Source: Eledone cirrhosa (taxonomy: Eukaryota). From it: a stretch of 64,000 bases of DNA. Each line of letters begins with the position of its first letter. The first letter of the stretch is position 1. The notes below the pieces were generated by a model, which was not told the DNA's origin, did no database searches, and saw only the letters and a list, made by a program, of their open reading frames with translations. Both the position numbers and the translations under genes were made by a program. Where the stretch lies: contig OZ024741.1 in NCBI GenBank assembly GCA_964016885.1, positions 306,466,001 to 306,530,000 of the forward strand, given 5' to 3'. Of this stretch, positions 39,313 to 52,918 are shown one piece after another.

Positions 39313-39659
39313 TATAAGAATGATCAGTAACAATCATATATTATCCATTCTAAAGATAAGTAATGATATTAATTCACAACCATTATTAATGAATATATAT
39401 CATATGTTAAGTATTAAAGGAAAATGATTAAAGGGGAAAGTAAGGAAAATAATTAAAGAAGGATAATTATAAATAATTATATTATAAACAATATGATGGG
39501 TCCAATGTGCAATATAAGGAGAATGGTTGCCGGTATACAATATTCTAATATATCAATTAGATGATTTAAAGCTAAAGGTATAAATAATATTGGAAATGTG
39601 GGTTTAAATCTGACATTGGTATAAATTAGCTGCTAGGTTTAAAATAGTGAAATGAGTGT

Positions 39660-40740
39660 TGGTAAGTGTGAGGACAAGTGGAAAAAATTTCAAATTTTCT
39701 ATTTAGTAAATTTAGATTTAAAATAAATAATAGTGCGAGACTCAAGAAGACAAAGGTTACAAAATTTGTTGGGAGGTTTATAAGAGAGGGCTTTAGCTAA
39801 CACATTCCATTGTAGGGTGTAAGGCTTATTATTAGTTTTCAAAGAGGATATAAAGGTAGATAAAGAAGTAGCATGTTTATGTTTAGAATTTTTGAACGTA
39901 TGAAGATGGGAATTATATTTCGTCTTAAAACTATTCGAGGTAGAACCAATATAAGTTTTAGGAATTGTAAATGTGGTGACCGTAGAGGAATAAACAATAT
40001 CCTTAATGAGGCAATTTTTTCCCAGCGGGCAAATTTTATTCGGTCTATAGTTACACTTATAGTTATTTGCAGATTGGTTTTGAGAGTGTGTGAGTGTAGG
40101 GTTAGATAAGTGAGTATTGGGATTATTATTATTGTTATTATTATTATTATCATTATTATTATTTCTATTATTGTTCCTAAAACTCCTAGGTATTGGATTA
40201 TTATGAGGATGATTTCTAAGATTATAGGATATACAATTGTTAGATGTATCTACAAGTTCTAAGTTATTAACCTGGTATGATTGGAAATATTTATTAATTT
40301 TCTTTTTATTACTGCTAGCTATGTGATTTGCAATGTTAGGTGTGGTAGAATAGGAGATTTTAATGGTATTTTTATTAATTAAATTATGATATTTATGGTT
40401 AAGAGGGAAATTTTTTTCCATAATTGAGAAGGCTCTAGGTAGATAAGTTGAATTATTTAAGTTAAAAGGTGGATTAAAAAATGAATTAAGCTTTCCCCTA
40501 TTCTTAATAGTACACATATCCTTAAGGTTATTAACTTCATTGTTTTTAATAGTGCTAGTTATAGTGTAATTTTTATTCCTGTTATATACAAATTTACCCT
40601 TTTTCCTAAGATATTTATTATGTATATTGGGAGAGTACACTTAACTATTTAATTTACTGTTACCCTCAATATAAGTATAATTATCCTCATTATTTTGATG
40701 ATTTTTAAGTTTAGTTATAGCCATACTACGTGAAATAATA
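39660..40740 (-). mobile_element. Penelope-like element 3' part (Cys linker plus GIY-YIG endonuclease, Neptune-like)
   Basis: Encodes FFNPPF, ISYSTTPN, CN...CPLGKNC, IVY...YIGSTSNSFK and CNLCLLE. Confidence 0.85.
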
Positions 40741-40979
40741 TTAGGTTTTTATTGTAATAATTAAAAGAGTTTTTAGGTCAAAACTTAATTTTATTTTTAT
40801 GGCCATCCAGCTGAGGCCATGCTGGGGCACCACTCCACCACTCTTGTTGCTACACATTCTATCTCCAGTCTGTGTTGGCTGGCCATTGGTGCAAGAGGGA
40901 GTTTGTTGCTGCTGTCCTTAAGTTTCCTTTGTACCATGCTATGGGCTCATCTGGGATCCTGGATAGCACGGTGTTGAGA

Positions 40980-42072
40980 TCATCATCATCATCATCATCG
41001 TTTAACGTCCGTGTTCCACGCTTGCATGGGTTTGGACGGAGGGTTTTCCCACTTGAGGCAAGAGTGGTTATCTTGCTCGCATAGGACTATCTGGCAGGTT
41101 TTCTACAGCTGGATGCCCTTCCTAACACCAACCACATTTACAGTGTGGGGCTGGGAGGTTTTTACCGTGTTGCCTACACGGCCACATTACAGCGTGAACT
41201 GTGTGTTTTTTGACGTGACACCTACACGATCTCATTTGTTTCGGCCTGGATGTTGTGGCACCAACATAACTTTACATTGAAAGGGGCGGTGTGGATGGGA
41301 CGGGGGTGGTGGGACGGGGGTGTATTTTGTTAGAGATGCCTACTGATTGTAGTAGGTTTTACTTTGTACTTAGGTAAGGCGGGTCTTCTCTATTACTGAG
41401 TACCGCCAAAGGTCTCGGTCCAGTGACATTGTCTTGGTGAGGTGTAAGTGTGTGAGGTCGGAATTTATCAGCTCGTCCCAGGTTTTCCTGGGTCTGCCTA
41501 TTCCGTGGCTACCGTCTATCTTTATTGCCCTGCACTTTGTTATACAGCTATCATCCTTCATGCGCATCACGTGACCATACCAACGTAGCCTTCTCTCGAG
41601 TAAACAACATCTGATCCCTCTTATTTCTAATTTTTTCCTTAGTTCGTTTATGCTTTGCCGTTCACGTATATTACTATTACACATCCAGCGGAGCATGCAA
41701 GCTTCGTTTCTCTCTAGTCTGCGTATATCCTCTGCACACAATGCCCAGGTCTCACTGCCATGCAACATTGCTGTTCGTATGCAGGTATCATACAACCTGC
41801 CTTTCATTTTTAGGGAGAACCCTTTAGCGGCTAATAGCGGTATAAGCTCTCTGAACTTTTTCCATCCAGTTCTGACTCTAGCTACTGTACTTTCAGAGCA
41901 CCCTCCCCTACTGCTGATTTTGTCACCCAGGTAACGGAAGCTGTCCACTATTTCTATAGAACCCTCTGCGCAGTTGAAAGAGCTAGTATTTTTTGGGCAC
42001 TTGCTGCTACTTATTGCCCCAGAACACCGGCCACATGTAAAATCTATGTTCTTAGTTAGCTTACCTGTGATG
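40980..42072 (-). mobile_element. RTE-clade LINE 3' fragment (PHD-in-RT family)
   Basis: Near-identical to the 3' part of 31345-34228, in opposite orientation. Confidence 0.95.
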
Positions 42073-44385
42073 TTTCTTGAAAACATCCACGTCCATACCA
42101 TGCAGATTTCTCAAATCCCTTGGCAGCTTGTTGAAGAGTTGAACTCCCGGCTATTGCAATATCTGCTCCTTATTCTAGATTTGGCACCACACAGTGAAGT
42201 CCTGTTTGGGGGTTGGCCCAATGCCAAAGTTTGGTGCTAGTCCCTCCAATATTTTCCACATGTATATCACTGCGTATCTCGTCCATCTTCATTCCAAGGA
42301 GTAGAGGTTCAGTTCTTTCAGCCTCTCCCAGTAGCTTATCTCCTTCATCGTCACAATCCTCTTGGTGTAACTTCATTGGATTGCCTCAAGTTCTGTGGTT
42401 AGTTTGACACTATGCTGTGACCACAGCTGGGAGCAATAGTCCAGGCAGCTTAGGACAAATATCCTCTATATTGTCAACATGGTCTCTCGGTCTCTTGTCC
42501 GGAAAATCCTCAAGATCCAGCCACCGAGTCGTCTGCACATTGTCACCACTTTTATGATGTGTGAGGAAAAAGGTGCATCGTTGCTCATGTCTATTCCCAG
42601 ATCTCATACCGACTTCGACACGGGAATTTCGGTCCCTCCTGGTCCAGAGTAAATGTATTGTACTATATTTGTGTTTTCAAGTTGGTATTGAAGGGCTTGA
42701 AATTTGCCAGCATTAAACTGCACGTTGTTGTCTTCAGCCCATTTGTATATGGCATCCATATCTTGTTGTAAAAGGGCAGCATCAGCCGGGTTTTTGATTG
42801 CCTGTGCTACCTTAGTGTCATCACCATAAATAGTGAGGGATGTTGTATGTACTAGAAGAGGGCATGTCTGAGAGAGCCACCTAAAACACTAGTGGTCCCA
42901 ACACTATGTCCTGGGGCACCCAATTGTTATTGATGTTTCCTCTGAGAGGGCCCCATTCACTGCAACTGTCTGGCTTCTGTCCTTTAAGAGGTCATGCAGC
43001 CACTCACCTACTTTTCCAGTTATGCTGAGTCTGTGTAGTTAGTGACATATATTCTGCCTTAACTGTAAGGAACAGCTGCATCGACAATGGTTTCCTCTTT
43101 GAAATTGGAGAAATATTTTATTCCCCTGATGGCTCCAGTACTTGTAAATGTAATGAAAATAAGATTGTTGTCTGTACCAATACTACTCGTTGTTACTCGT
43201 GGCGCAGGTAGGAAATGTTATACTTCTTTTCTTTTATTTGAATTGAATTGGCCAGGCCATTAAAAGGTTAGGGTATATTGACTTCTCGGTAGTGAATTGA
43301 CAGTTTTGTTTGTTAGAATCTTAGCTAGAATGCCTTATGGTATTCATTTCAACTCAATGTGCTCTGAGTTTAAATTCTGTCATGATCACCTTTGACCTTT
43401 AGCCTTATAATGCCCATAAATCACCAGTCCAGTATTAGAATCAATTCTTTCTTTGGCTCTCTCTCTCAAGAGTTATGCCGATTCTGTGTAGTTTGTGACA
43501 TATCATTCCGTGGTAGACCTTGTCAAAGGCTTTCGCAAATTCAAGATATATCACGTCCACATGTGCGCTGTATAGCAGTTGTTTCAGTACCCAGTCATAG
43601 TGTTGTAGCAGCTGTGTAAGGCAGCTTCTTCCTGGGTGAAAGCCATGCTGCGTGCAAAGTCAGGCAGTCAGGTCATTTTCCTCAAGGAATATGATCAGTT
43701 TCTTTCTGATGATTTGCTCTATGACCTTACTGATATCTGATGTCAGGGAGACTGGCCTATAGTTTACGGCCTCCGCTCTGCTTCCTCCTTTATGGATAGG
43801 GAATATTGTGCCTTCCTTCAGCTCTCTGGGTAGTTTACCCGCTAGCCAAGGAGCTTCTGAAGAGGGTCATCAGTGGAGTTGCTAAGGCACACTTACATGT
43901 TTTTAGGAGGACTGCTGGGAATCCAGCAGCCGAGTTTGTTCTAATTTTGTCTATGGCGGATACCGCATCCTCATCCGTTATGTCCTATGTGGTTGATGGT
44001 CACCATTTCTTCATGGAGTGTTGTGGCATCAAAGAAATCCTCTGGCTTTGTTATTTGCATGTGCCTCAGTGGTCATGTGAATACACTTTTGTACTGTTCG
44101 TTCAGTATTTCACTTATCCCTTGGGGATCCTTGGTTAATGAAACATCTTTATGGAAGAGTGGCCCAATCTTGGAGTGTACCGAGGAAGTCTCTTTTGCAA
44201 ATTTAAAGAAGGCTTTAGGATTTGTTTTAAACATTTCCATGGCCCTGTCTTCTCTCTTTGCCATCTCCTTTTCATGGGAAAGTTTAAGTGCAGTTTCAAA
44301 TAGGATTCCTTTTTGTTGTGCATTCAACTGGTTTGAGAGCTTAGTTCTTAATCTCATAAGGATTTTCCTGTCTCTGGGAATAACA
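42073..44385 (-). mobile_element. Degenerate CR1-clade LINE interrupted by captured host sequence (43051-43470)
   Basis: TNPKAFFKFAK...IGPL, RT motifs, and GVPQ-IVLGPL / YGDDTKV-like segments lie on both sides of the insert. Confidence 0.85.
43051..43207 (+). pseudogene. Inverted, inactivated copy of exon 37329-37478 (antisense to the host gene)
   Basis: Near-identical to the exon but lacks an acceptor AG. Carries TGC>TCC (Cys>Ser) and a 7-nt TACTCGT duplication that shifts the frame. Followed by the copied donor site and intron. Confidence 0.9.
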
Positions 44386-44722
44386 TGGTTTAGTGGTTAG
44401 AGCATTGGCCTTGCAATTGAAAGGTTGTGAGTTCAATTTTCAGACCGGGTGATGTGTTGTTTCCTTGAGCAAGACACTTTATTTCACATCGCTCCAGTTT
44501 ACTCAGCTGTAGAAATGAGGTGATAGGGACTGGGGTCCCTATCATTCCACTGCAAAGTGGTCGTGGAGGTTCCACGGCAAAAAAGCACCCAGCACTCACT
44601 ATAAATGAGGTTGGTGTTAGGAAGGGCATCCAGCTGTAGAAATCAAACCAGATTCAGTTCCCGTCCCACCCTTGCAAGCAGGGAAAAGTGGACGTAAAAT
44701 GAAATGATGATGATGATGATGA
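44382..44722 (+). mobile_element. tRNA-derived SINE with an RTE-derived 3' tail; copies at 52578-52920 and 30443-30766 (headless)
   Basis: A box TGG(T/C)TTAGTGG, B box GAGTTCAATT, core tccttgagcaagacacttt, and tail ggttggtgttaggaagggcatccagctgtagaaa...ggacgtaaaatgatgat. Confidence 0.85.
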
Positions 44723-44804
44723 TATACATATATATCTATGCATATACAAACTATATGCCAAAAGTTTGTCCCGGAGAAAAAGACCAACGGACACAAACAT
44801 TTTA

Positions 44805-46345
44805 AGCATTGAAAGTGAATTCTATACAGCAAAGGCTAGCTAGAAAGCAGGTGAAAAAAGAATTCTGGAGGAATCTGAGAGTGAGAAGTTATAAAATTAA
44901 AAAGTTAATAAATTGAAATAAAAAAATAAAAAAATAATAATAAATAAAAATACTAATAATATAAAAAATTTAAATAATAAAAGAAACTAATAAAAAAACT
45001 AGAGTCTAAAACAGCTGCCATATTTTTAGCTGGTATTGCGTTTTCGGCGAATGCTATATAGAATTTTCTGGGATGGAGTTACTGAGGCTACAAAAGCTCG
45101 ATGGGCTGCGTCAGGGTAAGCAACAACGACATCCTGGTGCATTTGGATAAAAACTGGAAACCTCTATTTCGTCAACCCTGACAGATACCACACACTTATC
45201 AGGAGCAGCCGGAATTCCACCTACAAAAAGGCAAACCATTCTATAATCCTTGACATAAATCTAGATGGACAACAAATCACCTCCATCCTCATGGTTGCTG
45301 ACCATACTGAACCTCTCGACCCACACCCAACTTCGCACAAAACATCGCCTCCTCAAACAATAAGAAACTCAACCTCTATGGAAGAAACAACAATTAGTGG
45401 AGAGCCGGCCAGGAGGTGTAACTGCCCTGATAGATCTACGTGTCCCCTCAACAACAGATGCCGCAAACGTAATGTGATCTACCGATGCAACGTGAGGACA
45501 GAAAACTCCAACAAAGCCTATATAGGATTAACCGCTAGTGACTTTAAGAACCAGCTCTACCAACACCGACATACTTTCAGAAACCCAGCCCAGCGCCATG
45601 CCACTACACTTTTGGGCCACATCTGGGACCTCCAATATAATAACACCACATACCATCTTACTTGGAGCTTACTTTCCAGGGCTAACTCCTACAGGGGGGG
45701 GGGGACGCCGTCCATGTAACTTATGCTTGGAGGAAACAATAGAAATGCTGTTTACGAAGGACCAACTCCTAAACAAAAAAGACAAACTTGTAACCGTATG
45801 TAAACACCAATTGCATAGGACTTACCTCGCCCTCAAACCTCCTCATGACCCGGGTGGGTAGACAATGGCTGTAACAACCTTCTTTTCCCCACTTGCCGAA
45901 CAAGATAGGAGAAAGCCCAGCATACATAGGTAGATGTACTTCTTTTCTTTATCTCTTCTTCTCTCTTCCTTCCACTCCCTCTTCTCTTCCTTTTCCTTTT
46001 TCCTCTTTCACTTACACTGAGGCAGCCCATCGGGCTTTTGTAGCCTCAGTAACCTCACCCTAGTAAATTCTATATAGCATTGGCCGAAAACGCTATACCA
46101 GCTAAAAATAAAGCAGCTGTTTTAGACTCTAGTTTTTTTGTTTTTTTTATTATTTAATTTTTTTATATTATTATTATTTTTATTTATTATTATTTTTTTA
46201 TTTTTTTATTTCAATTCATTACCTTTTTAATTTTATAACTTCCCACTCAGATTTCTCCAGAATTCTTTTTTCGCCTGCTTTCTAGCTAATCTAATTTCTT
46301 CCACACTCCTTAGAATTTGCTGTATAGAATTCACTTTCAACGCTT
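44805..46345 (+). mobile_element. Penelope-like element: GIY-YIG 3' ORF flanked by inverted pLTR copies (44805-45120 / 46011-46345)
   Basis: Encodes CNCPDRSTCPLNNRC, NVIYRC...YIGLT and CNLCLEE. The ~320-bp inverted arms were read directly. Confidence 0.85.
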
Positions 46346-47318
46346 GACCGGCTTGACCCACTCCTTCGTTGTTCTACAAGCAAGTTCAGCCACCCCCACC
46401 TCCCACCCACTGCCATGAAAGATCTAATTGTGTTTACAAGAAATTTTTACCAATCCTTTTGACAACTACAATCTTCCCATATAAGGAATTACCCCTGGAA
46501 AAGTTCGGCTATTTATTACCGCGCTAAAAATCTAATTTAGTCGTTGAAACGGGTCAAGCTCTGCCGTCAGGGTCTTGAACCTTTTCCTATTACCCACTCT
46601 ACTACCCTAAATATTGAGTACTCTGGTGCGTTAAGTACCCCCTCGTTCCTTACCACATTTCCTTCAAATTTTTTTGGGGGGAATCCTTCACTATCTCATT
46701 GACTTGACCTCATTTTAACCCCTATCTTTCTCTTCCCCATAGTATTCTTTTCATTCACAGCATAAATTTACTTTCCTCCACTCCTAGCATAAAGTTCTAC
46801 TACTGTTATTCTATAAACTTGACCTCTAACTCTTTTCTATTGGTCAATTCAAAACCTGTTCCCAAACAGACTTTTTGTATTAATACTTTCTTTCAATAAA
46901 CATACTTCATCATTTCTGAAGATAGTATATATAGGTGAAGGTACGTATATCTCCTCTGATAATTTGTAATATTTTTTTACATAGATCTTTAATATGATAT
47001 ACATACAGAGTGAACATAGAGTTGATTCGGTTTCATTCAACATAGAGTTGATTCGGTTTCATTCCAGCCACCCATCCATACAAATTTATGAAGGTATCTT
47101 AACTCTTATGATGTTATTATTATTAATATTATTGCTGTTTTCTGCTGTGTATTATTTCGGATTTACCCTGTTTTTCTGTCGTATTATTTCGGATTTACCA
47201 TGTGGTCTTGAAGGCGACCCTCAGTGCCTACCTCACAATTTCTCTCCCTCCCACCCTCTCACACCGCCATAGCCTATTCGGCCAATCAAACCCCAGCATG
47301 CCATTCCTATGGTTGGTG

Positions 47319-47373
<55 letters not shown>

Positions 47374-47399
47374 CTAACTAACTAACTCTCTCCTTCCCT

Positions 47400-50300
47400 G
47401 TCGCAGCCCAACACACCTGCCATTATCCCACCACCACTGTTATTCTAGCCCTCATTTTTCCCACCGTTATGGATGGATGAGCTGAGAATAAATTTGAGCA
47501 ACTCTGAATCAATAGATGAAATATGAATCTGCGAGCTACCAAGCACCCACGTGAAGCGCCAACCCAGAGACCCTTCCCTACGAGTGTCGACAAATGCCCA
47601 AAACTCCGAGTTGGTACCATCAATGTAGGCTCAATGAAAGGAAGAGCAGGAGAAATCGTAGAAATGCTAGAGCGAAAGGAAATTGATGTATGCTGTGTGC
47701 AAGAGACTAGATGGAGAGGAGAGTCTGCCAGAGTCCTCGTAGGAAAAAGTCAGTGCTACAAATTTTTATGGGTGGGAAATGACGATGGGATGGGTGGTGT
47801 AGGTATACTACTAGCTGACAAGTGGGTAGATAAAGTAATCTCAGTGTACAGGGTAAATGCAAGAATCATTAAACTCAGACTAGTCCTGAATAAAACAATT
47901 ACCACAATAATATCAGCTTACGCACCCCAATCGGGGCTGTCAGACGAACTTAAGGATAGGTTTTACGAGTCCCTAATGCACACTACTGCTCTAACAGACG
48001 ACAATGACTTCCTAATCATCGCAGGAGATTTTAACGGACATGTAGGTAAACACTGCGACAGCTTCAATAGAGTACATGGAGGCCATGGGGTTGGCACAAG
48101 GAATGAGGAAGGATTCAGACTTCTAGAATTCTGCGATGCCAATGACATGTCGATATGTAACACAAACTTTAAAAAACCCGACAACCACCTGATCACCTAT
48201 AGATCAGGGGAGCACTCTAGTCAGTTAGATTTTATCCTCATCAGAGGACGTGACAGATGGACGGTCGTAAACACAAAAGCCTTCCCTAGTGAGGAATGTA
48301 CATCTCAACATAACTTAGTTGTCAGCGACCTCACGGTCAGAACTAGACGAACCTGGAAACAGAGGCCAACCTGGAGAAGAAAGATCTGGAAGCTGAAAGT
48401 CCCCTCAACCAGTAACAGATTTAAAGATATTTTACTCAACGCCTACGACAGTAAAGAAGAACAGATATAGACATTTAATGTAGAAGAGAACTGGGAGTTC
48501 CTAAAAAATAATTTACTAGAGGCGACGGATGAGGTCTGTGGCTGGAGTAAGACCTCAAGCAGGAGGAGAGTGACTTGGTGGTGGAACAATAAGGTAGATG
48601 AAGCAGTTAAGGCCAAGAGACAGGCATGGAAAGAATGGAAGAATGGGGGGAGCAGGGTACATTACATAGAGACCAAGAGGGAAGCTAGGCGACAAGTATA
48701 CTTAACTAGGAGGGAAGCAGAGGATAGAAAATTCAAGCATGTTTTGCAACGTGAGGACCATAAACAGGAGGTATTCAAGATTGCGAGGCAGTGTGTCAGA
48801 GATAGTTGTGATGTCATTGGAGAGAAGTGTATCCGGAATGATAAAGGTGAGCTTGCCCTCACAAGTGCTGAGAAGAAAGATGCATGGAAGAGTCATTATG
48901 ATAGATTACTAAATGAGGAGAATGCATGGGAAGAAGAGACCCTACCCCAAGTAGACCCTATAGAGGGACCAGCAGTACAAGTCAGCAGCAGCGTAGTAAG
49001 TAAGGCAATCAAAGATATGAAGATGGGGAAGGCAACCGGTCCATCGGGTATAGCTGCCGAGATGCTGAAGGCATCTGGGTCTGTAGGTCACACTATAACC
49101 ACACGTATCGTTAACCAGGTAATACTAGAAGGTGCCATACCAAAAGATTAGTGCAGTAGCATCATTGTCAACTGCTACAAAGGTAAAGGCGATGCACTAG
49201 ATAGAGGTATAAAGCTGATGGACCAGGTCATGAAAGTAACAGAAAGAGTTATAGCACAGCTGATTAGGGACCGGGTGAAAATAGACGAGATGCAATTTGG
49301 GTTTGTACCAGGAAGAGGCACCACTGATGCCCTCTTCCTTGTGAGGCAATTACAGGAAAAGTACCTAGCTAAAAGTAAGCCACTCTACTTGGCATTTGTC
49401 GACCTTGAGAAAGCCTTTGACAGAGTTCCACGTGCTGTAATCTGGTGGGCTCTTAGAAAACTAGAAGTAGATGAATGGCTTGTGAAAGCGGTACAAGCCA
49501 TGTATAGGGGAGCAGTCAGCAAAGTTAGGACTAGCAATGAGTATAGCGAGGAATTTAGCGTACAGGTTGGGGTCCACCAGGGCTCTGTTCTTAGCCCTCT
49601 CCTGTTCATCATATTCCTGCAGGCAATAACGGAGGAGTTTAAGACCGGATGCCCATGGGAACTCCTGTATGCTGATGACCTCGCACTCATAGCTGAATCT
49701 ATGGTAGAACTAGAGAATAAATTCCAAACTTGGAAGCAGGGACTAGAAAGAAAGGGTCTCAAAGTCAACATGACAAAGACTAAGGTCCTTGTAAGTAGAC
49801 GAGAACCCAGAACCCAGATTCCCTCAGGGAAATGGCCTTGCTCAGTATGTAGGAAAGGTGTAGGTAGGAACTTCATTCTCTGCCCCAAATGCAAACAATG
49901 GGTACACAAGAGATGTAGCGGGATCTCAGGAAGCTTAATTAAGAATGTAGGATTCACATGCAGCAGCTGTGCTGAGACAGCAAGCAGCAAACAGCCACAG
50001 GAAACAAGTACCACCAATCTCTGGGAGGGCCCTGTAGAAACAGTAGACAGCTTCTGCTACCTAGGTGACCGAATTAGCAGCGGTGGTGGGTGTTCAGAAA
50101 GTACAATAAATTGGGTAAGAACGGGATGGAGAAGTTTAGGGAACTACTACCACTGTTAGCTGCAAAAGGCTTCTCCCTCAGAATGAAAGGCAGAATGTAT
50201 GATGCGTGTATCCGAACAGCGATGTTGCATGGTAGTGAGACCTGGGTGCTGAAGGTGGAAGACTTACGGAGATTAGAGAGAAATGAAGCCTGCATGCTCC

Positions 50301-50922
50301 GATGGATGTGTAACAGTAATATACGTGAACGACAAAGCATAAATGAATTGAGAGAGAGACTGAGCATAAGAGGAATCAAATGCTGTGTGCAGGAGAGGCG
50401 GTTGCGCTGGTATGAACATGTGATGCGTATGAAGGATGACAGCTGCATAAAAAGGTGCAGAGCACTAGAAGTTGATGGAAACCGCGGAGTGGGGAGACCC
50501 AAGATGACCTGGGATGAGGTGATAAAAGCCGACCTTACCCAATTACACCTCTCAAAGACAATGACACACGACCGTGACTTCTGGCGTCACGCAGTAATAC
50601 AGAGTACCCGACCTCCCATGGGTACAGGCTGAAGCATATAGACAATATGCCCCCACACCCCCCACTGCAAGGTGGTCGTGGAGGTGCCACGGCAAAAAAG
50701 CACCCAGCCCACACTGTAAAATGGACGTGTAGGCACCACGAAAAAGCACCCAGCACTCACTGTAAATGAGGTTGGTTTTAGGAAGGGCATCGAGCTGTAG
50801 AAATCAAGCCAAATCAGTTCCTGTATGAGCAAGGCATGGTCAGCCGACACTGCCCACAACAGGACAACCCGTCTAACCCATGCTAGCGTGGAAGAACGGA
50901 CGTAAAACGGTGATGATGATGA
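47400..50922 (+). mobile_element. Near full-length RTE-clade LINE (APE, RT with PHD finger), disrupted
   Basis: VGTINVGSM, CCVQETRW, GDFNGHVG, QLDFIL and RT motifs. Stops near 48470 and 49150, a frameshift near 50130, and a (GAT)n tail. Confidence 0.95.
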
Positions 50923-51517
50923 TACCAACACACATATATATCCCAGAAACGATCGTAAAATGATGATTTTTTTTCAATATAAGAAACCTGTTCTTTGTTT
51001 TTATTTCATTGATTTTATTAATTTATCTTGACTCTGTTTTCCTATGATTTTTATCGTTAAATTTTGAATGCACTTTCTCTTTTCATGATATCTTCTATAT
51101 TTGGATTACATTGAGTTCTTCATACGAATTGGACACTGCCGTTTATTTTGGTAGATTTATCTACATATATATACACATATATATATATATACATATATAT
51201 ATATACGTATATATATATGTATATATACATGTATATATACATGCATATATATGTATATATACATGCATATATATGTATCATGATGATCATCATCATCATA
51301 TGATGTACATATATGATGTACATATATACATATCATGATCATATGATGATGATATGTATATATATATATATATACATGCATGTATATATATGTATATATA
51401 TGTATGTATATATACATATATATATACATATATACATACATTTATATACATATACATACTTATATATATACATATATATATACATATATATATACATATA
51501 TATATATATACATATAC

Positions 51518-51550
<33 letters not shown>

Positions 51551-51633
51551 CATATAAATATATACACATATGTACATATACATATATATATACATATATA
51601 TATACATATATATACATATATATATATATATAT

Positions 51634-51687
<54 letters not shown>

Positions 51688-52537
51688 CTATTGCCCACAA
51701 AAGGTTTCTCTCTAAAAATTAAAGGCAGATTGTATGATGCTTGTATACGAACAGCAATGTTACATGGCAGTGAGACACGGGCATTGTGTGCGGAGGACCT
51801 GCGCAGATTGGAAAGGAACGAAGAATGCATGCTCCATTGCATATGTAATATTAATATACACGATGACAAAACAAGTGAACTAAGAGAGAAATTAGGAATA
51901 AGGGAGATCAGATGCTGTTTACTTGAGAGAAGATTATGTTGGTATGGTCATGTGTGCACATGAAAGACGACAGCTGTATAAAAAAGTACAGAGTGATCAA
52001 AATTGATGGAAGTTACGGAGTAGGTAGACCCAGCAAAAACCTGGGACGACATAATAAAATTCGACCTTGCACACTTACACCTCTCTAAGACAATGTAACT
52101 GGATCGAGACCTTTGGCGCTACGCAGTAATACAGAAGACCCGCGTTCCCTACATACAAAGTTAAACTTTCAGTCAGAAGGCACCTCTAAACCAAATAAAC
52201 ACTCCAACCCACTACCCCTACTCCATCCTCCCACTCCCACCAACACCACACCATCTCTGTAAAGTTATGTTTGTACCACAGTACATCCAGTCCAAACTAA
52301 AGAGGTCATGTAGGTGTCACGACAAAAAAGTACCCAGTCCATGCTGTAAAGTGGTCATGGATGAGTCTGTAAAAAGGCTCCCAGTCCACACTGTAAATGT
52401 GGTTGGTGCAAGGAAGAGCATTCAGCTGTAGAAAGGCTGCCAGATACAGTCCTATACGATCAATCTTGCCACAAGTGGGACAATTCCCGTCTAACCCATG
52501 CTAGCGTGGAAGATAGACATTAAACGATGATGATGAT
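51688..52537 (+). mobile_element. RTE 3' fragment (older subfamily)
   Basis: Encodes [25 protein letters not shown], followed by a 3' UTR and (GAT)n. Confidence 0.9.
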
Positions 52538-52918
52538 ACATATACATATATACACACACACACACACATATATATATGGAGGCACATGGCTTAGTGGTTA
52601 GAACATTGCCCTTGCAATCGAAAGGTTGTGAGTTCAATTCTCAGACCGGGCGATGTGTTGTTTCCTTGAGCAAGGCACTTTATTTCACATTGCTCCAGTT
52701 TACTCAGCTGTAGAAATAAGATGATAGGGACTGGGGTCCCTATCATTCCACTGAAAGTGGTCGTGGAGGTGCCACGGCAAAAAAGCACCCAGCACTCACT
52801 GTAAATGAGGTTGGTGTTAGGAAGGGCATCCAGCTGTAGAAATTAAGCCAGAATCAGTTCCGGTCCCACCCTTGCAAGCAGGGAAAAGTGGACGTAAAAT
52901 GAAATGATGATGATGATG

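Larger units (their letters stand above)
36471..44060. repeat. ~1-kb inverted repeat: arms 36471-37478 and 43051-44060
   Basis: Direct comparison of the arms. ORFs 36917..37144(-) and 43392..43619(+) give nearly identical translations. Confidence 0.95.
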
